From Candidatus Falkowbacteria bacterium GW2011_GWF2_43_32 (GTDB lineage: Bacteria > Patescibacteriota > Patescibacteriia > Patescibacteriales > UBA12465), in the NCBI GenBank assembly GCA_000999715.1, contig LCGL01000001.1, positions 195,139 to 259,138 on the forward strand: a stretch of DNA of 64,000 nt. The letters run 5' to 3'. The notes beneath the pieces were generated by a model. It searched no databases. It was not told the origin of the DNA and worked only from the letters and a program-made list of their open reading frames with translations. Position 1 is the first letter of the stretch, and each line of letters starts with the position of its first letter. The position numbers and the translations under genes are program-made. Positions 56,409 through 63,611 of the stretch are shown piece after piece.

Positions 56409-57278
56409 TTATTCCGACTTATGCAACAATTCATAAAATTCCGCCAACTCATTAACCTTATCAGGATCCAGAAACATTTCTTCTTGCGGCCGGTCTTGAT
56501 TATCAAAACTAATTTTTAATTCTTTAAATTCGCCGTTATCATCAGTTTGAATATCAACATTATAAGAATCGGACGGATCAAATTCGCCTCCTATTTCTTT
56601 AATATCATTAAAACCAATTTTCCCCTTATCGCCGTTCTTAACCACTAAAGCTTGTTGCAATAAAAATTCCATTGTTCCACCATGAGTGCCGGCCGGTAAT
56701 AAAACTTTTGACCCCGAGTTCAATTTTTTAGCCATTGCTTGATAATGTTTAACTACATAGGCGAAAGAACCGGCTATTTCCTTTTTGTATTGAACGGCCT
56801 CGGGAGTAGAAAGACCTATTAAATAATTAACTGTGGCCATTTGGGCTTTCTTAGCAGCAACTATTTTTTCGGCATCGGCTAATTCGTCAAAATTATCCGG
56901 TAAATTTTTATTATAAATTTCGGTATGGTTGTAAGGCCTCGGTGAAACTAATTTTTCATAACTTAAAATATCGTTAACTCTGGTTTTAAATTTTTCATCA
57001 CCGGCAATTTCGGTGGCATAAATATCAGTCGTTTCTAAAGCCCTGCCCATTTTAATATCTTCTTTAATCGGGGAGGCATTGGAACCAATAGCTTTGACAG
57101 CATCAAAATCGTCCTGTTTTATACCGCTTTCAACCGCTTTTCTTTTTGTGATATCTCGGCCTAAGTCTAATAACTGCAAATCTTTTCCACGTTCACCGTG
57201 GCGCATAAATTTAATTAATATTTTTACATTTCGTCCGAATCTTTCCTGTTGTTCTAATCCGTTATTTATTCTTTCCAT
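56409..57278 (-). CDS. Histidine phosphatase superfamily (branch 1) protein, divergent
   Basis: 289 aa. LIKFMRHGERG carries the RHG catalytic motif, and LLPAGTHGGTMEF carries the second catalytic His. Otherwise it is unlike the canonical gpmA in this window. Confidence 0.72.
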   Translation of the reverse strand: MERINNGLEQQERFGRNVKILIKFMRHGERGKDLQLLDLGRDITKRKAVESGIKQDDFDAVKAIGSNASPIKEDIKMGRALETTDIYATEIAGDEKFKTRVNDILSYEKLVSPRPYNHTEIYNKNLPDNFDELADAEKIVAAKKAQMATVNYLIGLSTPEAVQYKKEIAGSFAYVVKHYQAMAKKLNSGSKVLLPAGTHGGTMEFLLQQALVVKNGDKGKIGFNDIKEIGGEFDPSDSYNVDIQTDDNGEFKELKISFDNQDRPQEEMFLDPDKVNELAEFYELLHKSE

Positions 57279-57293
57279 AAAATTACTTACTTA

Positions 57294-58346
57294 TTATTTT
57301 TCCTTAATAATTTTTATGATACCGTTATCAGCGTCAACTTCAACTTCATCACCGTTTTTTAAGATTTGCGTGGCTGTTTTTGTTCCGATAACACAAGGAA
57401 TTTTTAACTCTCGAGAAATAATCGCCGCATGGCAAGTCAAACCGCCCTCATCGGTAATAATCGCACCGCATTTTCTAATTAAAGGCATTAACTCCGGACT
57501 AGTACTGGTCGAAACTAAAATATCTCCTTTATTAAAAGTTAGGGATTTAATTTCGTTAGTTATTATTAAGCGCACTATGCCCCGGACTAATCCGCCACAA
57601 GCGACATTTCCCTTAATAATACCAACTGATTTAGTATTTCCCTCTATTTTCTTAATAATTTTAGTCGGATCTTTTACCCAATCAACTTTTTCCACACCAT
57701 TAAGATTTTTATAGACAAAAAATTTGCCTTTATTTGAATCTGAAATCCTTTTTTGCAAATTAATATTTTTTTTGCTTAATATCTCATTTAAAGTGAGGAA
57801 ATTAACTTCCTCTTTATTTTTTAAGCCAGCTAATTTTAATTCTTTAAACGCCAACGGTATAACAACCTTATTTATCACTCTTTCATAATAGGAAACCATC
57901 CTTAATTTCTTAACTAAATTAAAAATTTTTCTATCCTTGGCTGTTTCCGTCAAGGCGTCGCCAGATCGGAAAGGCAAAACCGTACAAAGCAAAGACAATT
58001 CAATTAAAAAATCAACGGCTGATTTAAAATTTTTAAAATCATTTTTCTTAATTGCCAAGATTGCTCTTTCGTTTAAAGCCAAACCCTTTTTTAATAACCT
58101 TTCTAGCTTACTTCTCTTTTTTAAAACTAAATTACTAAAAGTCAGAAAAAGCTTCTTTTGCTCGTTTTTGTCCCGGTAATACCTTACCATTCCTTTCGGA
58201 TATTCAACCATTAAACAATTCTTGACGTTTGCCCCGGCTATCTGTCGGCACTGTTTTGAAAGATACCATTCGTGCCACAAAGAAGTCCCAAAAAGAGTAA
58301 ACGGCCTAGCAATATATAATTCCCAGTTTTTGTCCTTAATGTCCAT
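57294..58346 (-). CDS. Protein with a C-terminal PEP-utilizing-enzyme mobile (phosphohistidine swivel) domain and an unassigned helical N-terminal region of about 250 aa
   Basis: 350 aa. The C-terminus GDILVSTSTSPELMPLIRKCGAIITDEGGLTCHAAIISRELKIPCVIG matches the swivel-domain signature GGxTxHAAIxxRExxIPxVxG. No ATP-grasp or PEP-binding TIM-barrel motifs were seen. Confidence 0.78.
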   Translation of the reverse strand: MDIKDKNWELYIARPFTLFGTSLWHEWYLSKQCRQIAGANVKNCLMVEYPKGMVRYYRDKNEQKKLFLTFSNLVLKKRSKLERLLKKGLALNERAILAIKKNDFKNFKSAVDFLIELSLLCTVLPFRSGDALTETAKDRKIFNLVKKLRMVSYYERVINKVVIPLAFKELKLAGLKNKEEVNFLTLNEILSKKNINLQKRISDSNKGKFFVYKNLNGVEKVDWVKDPTKIIKKIEGNTKSVGIIKGNVACGGLVRGIVRLIITNEIKSLTFNKGDILVSTSTSPELMPLIRKCGAIITDEGGLTCHAAIISRELKIPCVIGTKTATQILKNGDEVEVDADNGIIKIIKEK

Positions 58347-58365
58347 AGATGTATAATTATCTTTT

Positions 58366-58393
58366 ATTATAGCAAAATCCGGCTATTTTTCAA
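58366..58393 (-). promoter_or_regulatory. Near-consensus sigma70 promoter with an extended -10 for the swivel/phosphatase pair
   Basis: The minus strand reads TTGAAA, a 16-nt spacer ending in TGC, then TATAAT. It lies 19 nt upstream of the ATG at 58346. Confidence 0.55.
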
Positions 58394-58419
58394 TGAAAAT
58401 TTTATTATCCAAAACCCCC

Positions 58420-58468
58420 GCCCAATACTTAATTTCCCCAATAATTTTGTCTAAAGAGCGGGAAATCC
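58420..58468 (+). repeat. 49-bp direct repeat, copy 2
   Basis: GCCCAATACTTAATTTCCCCAATAATTTTGTCTAAAGAGCGGGAAATCC, with one mismatch to copy 1. It continues directly into element B. Confidence 0.95.
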
Positions 58469-58540
58469 GCGTTTAAACGACCACAAACAACGAGCCGCGC
58501 AGTGCGCGGCGAGGGCAAAATGCCCCTAGAGACTACCAAA
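58452..58540 (+). repeat. Element B: a diverged copy of the 3' part of element A
   Basis: The shared order is hairpin ending in GCGTTTA, then CAACGAGC, a second hairpin, GCGAGG, then AAAT.CC..TAG.G.C.ACC. The second hairpin is GCGATGC/GCATCGC in A and CCGCGC/GCGCGG in B, so the sequence differs but pairing is kept. Confidence 0.5.
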
Positions 58541-58568
58541 AAACATCCGGCAATAATTAGCCGGATGT
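58538..58568 (-). terminator. Intrinsic terminator of the fic gene
   Basis: 9-bp stem ACATCCGGC / GCCGGATGT with an 8-nt loop, followed by TTTTTT on the minus strand. It lies 18 nt past the fic stop. Confidence 0.7.
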
Positions 58569-58585
58569 TTTCAAATAAATAAATC

Positions 58586-59614
58586 CTATTTTAACTTATA
58601 ATAAGTCGCCTTACCTTTACCAACTTTTTCGATAATTCCGTCAGCTATCAATTTTCTAAAATCTAAATTCCTGGTTGGCTTGGCGCGATCAGTTAAGGCG
58701 GAATAATCTCTATCGGTGATATAACCTCTCTTTTTTATATAAGCAATGATCTTTTGATGATATTCTTTCAATTCTTTTCCTGGAGAATTATTTTCTTTTT
58801 CCAATTCTTTATTGACTCGTAAAAGTTCATCAATAATGCCGTCGGTAAAATATTCTAACCAAGGGGTAAGCTCAATTCTATCTTTAATTTCATAATAATT
58901 TCCCAAAACTCCAACTTCTTGAAAATAGCGGCTAACATTTTGATTATAATAATTTTCAAAACTGAAAAGATAAAAAGTATCGAGACCCATTTTGGCCAAT
59001 AATATCTTGGTGGCTAACCTGGCAGTTCGTCCATTACCATCCACGAAGGGATGTATAACAACAAATTGCTTATGAAAAATACCGGCTAAAATTAAAGGAT
59101 CTACTATATTCTTATTTTTATCAAGATAAAAAAATAGTTCTTTAAGCAATTTCTCCACTTCTTGATAATCTGGAGGCAAATAAACAGTTTGGCGTGTTTT
59201 AGGATTGTTAACAAAAACCGGTTCTTGACGAATTTTTCCGCAACGATAGTGCTCAATTAATCCCGCGGTAATTGTCTGCTGAATATGCGATATTAATTTT
59301 GTATCAAAAACTTCTTGACCGGATTTAATCAGAGCGTTTAATTCAACCAAAGCTTTGTTATAATTTAAAACTTCTTTTTCGCTGTCTCTGGCATTCTCCG
59401 GACTATTTTTTAAAATCCTCTTTACATCCGTCAACGGTAAAGGATTGCCTTCGATGCTGGTTGAAGAAAAAGCCGAAACTTCACGAGCTCGCTGCTCCAT
59501 ATTTAACAAAACTATGCGCGAAAAATTGCGATTATTAAGCTCGCTAATAATTTCACTAATTCTTTTAATATTAGCCAATAATTTATTAGAAATTGTATAT
59601 CTGGGGTTAAACAT
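58586..59614 (-). CDS. fic: Fic-domain protein (class II type with an N-terminal autoinhibitory motif) and a C-terminal winged-helix-like region
   Basis: 342 aa. The Fic core is HPFVDGNGRTARL (HxFx[DE]GNGRxxR). Upstream, SSTSIEGN fits the inhibitory (S/T)xxxE(G/N) motif. Confidence 0.9.
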   Translation of the reverse strand: MFNPRYTISNKLLANIKRISEIISELNNRNFSRIVLLNMEQRAREVSAFSSTSIEGNPLPLTDVKRILKNSPENARDSEKEVLNYNKALVELNALIKSGQEVFDTKLISHIQQTITAGLIEHYRCGKIRQEPVFVNNPKTRQTVYLPPDYQEVEKLLKELFFYLDKNKNIVDPLILAGIFHKQFVVIHPFVDGNGRTARLATKILLAKMGLDTFYLFSFENYYNQNVSRYFQEVGVLGNYYEIKDRIELTPWLEYFTDGIIDELLRVNKELEKENNSPGKELKEYHQKIIAYIKKRGYITDRDYSALTDRAKPTRNLDFRKLIADGIIEKVGKGKATYYKLK

Positions 59615-59624
59615 ATATAGTCAT

Positions 59625-59653
59625 ATTATAGACGATTATTAGACGATTGTCAA
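59625..59653 (-). promoter_or_regulatory. Perfect sigma70 consensus promoter for fic, with direct repeats in the spacer
   Basis: The minus strand reads TTGACA-ATCGTCTAATAATCGTC-TATAAT with a 17-nt spacer. The -10 hexamer ends only 10 nt before the fic ATG and no SD is present. A third ATCGTCT copy lies just upstream (59664..59672 on the plus strand). Confidence 0.65.
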
Positions 59654-59723
59654 TAAATATAATAAGACGATAATGCCCCGGTGACCGCTAATTATTTGTA
59701 ACCGTAAATATCTTGAGAAACAA

Positions 59724-60713
59724 TCAATAAGCCAAAGCGATAATTTTGTTCAACAGTTCCCGGTAACTCATCCCTTGATCCATCATCAACATCGGAAACA
59801 TGGAAATATCGGTAAAACCCGGCAAACTGTTTATTTCATTGAGGTAAATTTTATTTTTGGCTATCAAGAAATCCACGCGGGCAAAACCGCGACAATCGGC
59901 CAAACGATAAGCTCTGGCCGCCAACGCTCTTATTTTCTCCGTTTGCGTCGGGTCGATCGCGGCGGGAACAATCATCTGCGCTTCTCCCTTCTTATATTTG
60001 TCATCGTAATCGTAAAAATCTTTAGCGAGTCGCAGTTCTCCCGGTCGAGAAACCAATAATTTTTCGTTGCCCAAGACCGCCACCTCGATTTCCCGAGGAT
60101 TGACCAAGCCTTCTTCAATGACGATTTTTTTATCATGCTTCAGGGCATTCTTGACGGCCGTCGCCAATTGCGCCGGCTTGGTTATTTTACTGATGCCCAC
60201 CGAAGAACCGGAATTGGCCGGTTTGACATAAAGCGGAAATTTAAAATCACGACAAGCTTTATTCCGGCGACGAAGCAACTCCGCTGAAGAATCAATTTGG
60301 TAATCCAAAACAGCATATCCGGTTTGATTAATTTTATCCGCCGTCAGCAAATTCTTGAAAATCGCCTTATCCATACAAACCGCCGAACTCAAAACTCGGC
60401 AACCGCAATATTTTATTTTCTGACTGTCCAAAACCGCCTGCAAAATGCCGTCTTCGCCATAACGACCGTGCGTCATCAGCAAAGCGACATCAAACAAACG
60501 GGAAAAATCTTCAACCCCGATTCTGTTCTTCGCCGATATTTTTAATTTATCGATATTCTTGATTTTATAAAATCGCCGATCTTTTTTATGCCAATAAATT
60601 AAAATCAGTTTATAACGACCGTAATCAAAATACTTGACGACATTGCCGGCGGACATAATGGACACTTCATGCTCATTGCTCGGCCCGCCAAAAAATAAAG
60701 CGATGGTTTTCAT
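59724..60713 (-). CDS. ddl: D-alanine--D-alanine ligase
   Basis: 329 aa. Contains IALFFGGPSNEHEVS, YVKPANSGSSVGISK and NEINSLPGFT. Confidence 0.93.
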   Translation of the reverse strand: MKTIALFFGGPSNEHEVSIMSAGNVVKYFDYGRYKLILIYWHKKDRRFYKIKNIDKLKISAKNRIGVEDFSRLFDVALLMTHGRYGEDGILQAVLDSQKIKYCGCRVLSSAVCMDKAIFKNLLTADKINQTGYAVLDYQIDSSAELLRRRNKACRDFKFPLYVKPANSGSSVGISKITKPAQLATAVKNALKHDKKIVIEEGLVNPREIEVAVLGNEKLLVSRPGELRLAKDFYDYDDKYKKGEAQMIVPAAIDPTQTEKIRALAARAYRLADCRGFARVDFLIAKNKIYLNEINSLPGFTDISMFPMLMMDQGMSYRELLNKIIALAY

Positions 60714-60820
60714 ATATTTAAAAGGTAATTATATTATAGGCTAAAAGGCGATATTTTAAAAGATTGATTCTAAACAAACATCTCCTTTCCGCTCTCCGCC
60801 AAACATGGTAAAATCATTAT

Positions 60821-63604
60821 ATGTCCAAGACCAAACCTCGGCTCGTCATCATTGACGGAAACGCCTTAATCCATCGCAGTTTTCATGCCCTGCCGCCCAC
60901 CATGCGCACCAAAAGCGGCCAAATAGTGAACGCCGTCTACGGCTTCACGTCTTTTTTCTTGAAAGCGCTCAATGAATTTCAGCCGGAATATGTCGTCCTG
61001 ACTTTGGATAAAAAAGATCCGACTTTCCGGCATAAAGCTTATGCCGACTACAAGGCGCATCGCGCCAAGGCGCCCGACGAATTGTACGAACAAATCCCCT
61101 TGGTGAAAAAAGTGGCCGCAGCTTTCGGCGTACCGATTTTCGAACTCAGCGGCTTTGAAGCCGATGACTTGATCGGAACGATTTGCGCGCAGACGGACAA
61201 CAAAAAAAACTTGGAAAAAATAATCATCACCGGCGATTTGGACACTCTGCAACTGGTCGGCCCAAAAACCAAAGTCTATACCATGAGTCGCGGTCTGTCC
61301 GACAGCGTTCTCTACGGCGCCGAACAAGTCCAAGAACGCTATGGTTTGCGGCCGGATCAAATGATTGATTATAAAGCTCTGCGCGGCGATCCCAGCGACA
61401 ATATTCCCGGCGTCAAAGGTATCGGCGAAAAAACCGCCGGCGAATTAATCGGGACCTTCAAAAATCTGGACGGAGTGCTGGAAGCCGCAAAAAAAAATCA
61501 CGCCAAAATCAAACCGCGGATTATCGGCCTGCTGAAAGAATATCGGGAAGCCGCTTATTTAAGTCGCGATCTCGTCACCATCAACTGCCAAGCGCCGCTG
61601 AAATTTTCTTTGGAGGACGCCAAATTCGCCTCTTTCCGCTTGGAAAAAGTTTTGACCATTTTCAGCGAGCTGGAATTCAAATCGTTATTGGTCAAAGTCA
61701 AAGAAATCAGAGACAAACTGAATAAAACGCACAATAAAACTCTGGCCGGCGATAATGACGAAAAAACCGACACCTCGGAAACATCGGGCGATTCCGGTAC
61801 AATTAAATTCGCCAGAAACGCCGCCGACTTCGATTATCAATTGATAGACGACGATAAAAAATTTGCCGTCTTCTTGAAAAAATTAAAAACCGCGACGGCT
61901 TTCGCCATCGACACGGAAACTTCCGGTCCGGATCCGATCACCGCCCGATTGTTGGGCATCAGTTTTTCCTGGAAAAACGGCCAGGCTTATTTTGTCCTCG
62001 CCAATGACCGACGCTTGGCGGCGCTCAAACCGATTCTGGAAAACGATAAAATAAAAAAATACGGACATAATCTGAAATTTGACTGGCGAGTACTGAAAAA
62101 CCAAGGATTGGAATTGGCAGGCTTGGAATTTGATACGATGATCGCTTCTTATCTCTTGAACCCCGGCAATCGCCAACACGATTTGGATTCCCTGGCTTTC
62201 ACCGAGCTGGGCTACGAAAAAATCAGCAAAACCGACTTGGCCAACACCCAACCGACCCAGCTGACCCTAAATTTTTCTGCTTTGGATCCGAAAAAATTAA
62301 GTCTATATTCTTGCGAAGACGCCGACTTCACCCAACGATTAAGCAAAATCCTGAAAGAAAAAATTATTACGGGACAACTTAACGACGTCTTAGATAAAAT
62401 TGAAATGCCGCTCATTCCCGTTCTGGGAGAAATGGAAAACAACGGCATCAAAATGGAAATCGCGCCGCTGAAAAAACTGGACAAAGAAGTGAGCGATCAA
62501 CTGGCCAAACTGGAAAAAACCATTCATCGACTGGCCAAAAGCCAATTTAACATTAACTCCACCAAACAATTAAAAGAAGTTTTGTTTGAAAAACTGGCCA
62601 TTCCCACGGACAACATCAAAAAAAACAAAACCGGCTTTTCTACGGCCGAAGACGAATTAATTAAGTTGCGCGATTTGCACCCGATTATTCCGTTAATTCA
62701 GGATTATCGGGAATTGAATAAACTGCAAACCACCTATTTAAACGGTTTGCCACCGATGATCAGCCCCAAAACCGGTCGAATCCACACCAGTTTCAATCAA
62801 ACAATCACCGCCACCGGTCGTTTATCTTCCGCCGAACCGAATCTGCAAAATATTCCCACGCGCACCGAGGAAGGTCGCCGCATTCGCGCCGCTTTTGTCG
62901 CCGCTCCGGATTATCGTTTAATCGGTTTCGATTATTCGCAAATAGAATTGCGTCTGGCCGCTCACATGTCCGGCGATAAGAAAATGATTGCCGCTTTCGT
63001 TTCCGGAAAAGACATTCATGCCGCGACCGCCGCGGAAATAAACGACGTCACCTTGGAAGAAGTGACCAAGAGCATGCGTCGCGAAGCCAAGGCCATCAAT
63101 TTCGGCATCATTTACGGACAGGGGCCGCACGGTCTCAGTCAAAACGCCGGAATTTCCTATGCCCGAGCCAGTGAATTCATCAAAAAATATTTTCTGGCTT
63201 ATCCGGGAGTCAAAAAAATGATGGACAATTCCATCGCCGTCGCTCAAGATCAGGGCTATGCCGTGACACTTTTCGGACGCAAGCGCCCCCTGCCGGAAAT
63301 GAATTCCGCAATTCCGGCCGTCAGAAAGAGCGCCGAACGCATGGCCATCAATACGCCCCTGCAAGGGACGGCCGCCGATCTGATCAAACTGGCGATGATC
63401 AAAATCGCCGCCTTGATCAAAAATCGCGAAAATGACATCCGCCTGCTTTTACAAGTTCACGACGAGTTGATTTTTGAAATCAAAAAAGATAAGCTAGACA
63501 CTTACGCGCCGAAGATCAGGGCAATCATGCAAGAGGTTTTGAAATTACGCGTCCCGATTGTGGTTGATGAAAGTGTCGGCGATAATTGGGGAGAATTAAA
63601 ATAA
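60821..63604 (+). CDS. polA: DNA polymerase I
   Basis: 927 aa. Contains the 5'-nuclease N-terminus LVIIDGNALIHRSFHA, a 3'-5' exo-like region (FAIDTETSG), and polymerase motifs DYSQIELR, RREAKAINFGIIYG and QVHDELIFE. Confidence 0.97.
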   Translation: MSKTKPRLVIIDGNALIHRSFHALPPTMRTKSGQIVNAVYGFTSFFLKALNEFQPEYVVLTLDKKDPTFRHKAYADYKAHRAKAPDELYEQIPLVKKVAAAFGVPIFELSGFEADDLIGTICAQTDNKKNLEKIIITGDLDTLQLVGPKTKVYTMSRGLSDSVLYGAEQVQERYGLRPDQMIDYKALRGDPSDNIPGVKGIGEKTAGELIGTFKNLDGVLEAAKKNHAKIKPRIIGLLKEYREAAYLSRDLVTINCQAPLKFSLEDAKFASFRLEKVLTIFSELEFKSLLVKVKEIRDKLNKTHNKTLAGDNDEKTDTSETSGDSGTIKFARNAADFDYQLIDDDKKFAVFLKKLKTATAFAIDTETSGPDPITARLLGISFSWKNGQAYFVLANDRRLAALKPILENDKIKKYGHNLKFDWRVLKNQGLELAGLEFDTMIASYLLNPGNRQHDLDSLAFTELGYEKISKTDLANTQPTQLTLNFSALDPKKLSLYSCEDADFTQRLSKILKEKIITGQLNDVLDKIEMPLIPVLGEMENNGIKMEIAPLKKLDKEVSDQLAKLEKTIHRLAKSQFNINSTKQLKEVLFEKLAIPTDNIKKNKTGFSTAEDELIKLRDLHPIIPLIQDYRELNKLQTTYLNGLPPMISPKTGRIHTSFNQTITATGRLSSAEPNLQNIPTRTEEGRRIRAAFVAAPDYRLIGFDYSQIELRLAAHMSGDKKMIAAFVSGKDIHAATAAEINDVTLEEVTKSMRREAKAINFGIIYGQGPHGLSQNAGISYARASEFIKKYFLAYPGVKKMMDNSIAVAQDQGYAVTLFGRKRPLPEMNSAIPAVRKSAERMAINTPLQGTAADLIKLAMIKIAALIKNRENDIRLLLQVHDELIFEIKKDKLDTYAPKIRAIMQEVLKLRVPIVVDESVGDNWGELK

Positions 63605-63611
63605 AAAGGCC

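Larger units (their letters stand above)
54874..59700. mobile_element. AT-rich accessory island adjacent to tRNA-Ala (possible accreted integrative-element remnants; no integrase in the window)
   Basis: There is an abrupt, visible drop in G+C relative to both flanks. The island starts at the tRNA 3' end. It holds repeated copies of the tRNA 3' end and other direct repeats, accessory-type cargo, and near-consensus promoters for every module. Confidence 0.45.

Noticed and set aside
56181-56506. Small minus-strand ORFs (56181..56366 and 56315..56506) overlapping the 49-bp repeat and the terminator.
   Set aside because: They span a terminator hairpin and the 3' end of the STAS-like gene, have no start context, and overlap better-supported features.
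56284-58540. The idea that the repeats are integron attC sites bounding gene cassettes.
   Set aside because: No intI integrase or attI is present. The putative core sites (GTCTAAA / GTTTAAA or GTTTAGC) do not fit the RYYYAAC / GTTRRRY consensus well. The cassette also carries its own promoter and two genes, unlike typical integron cassettes.
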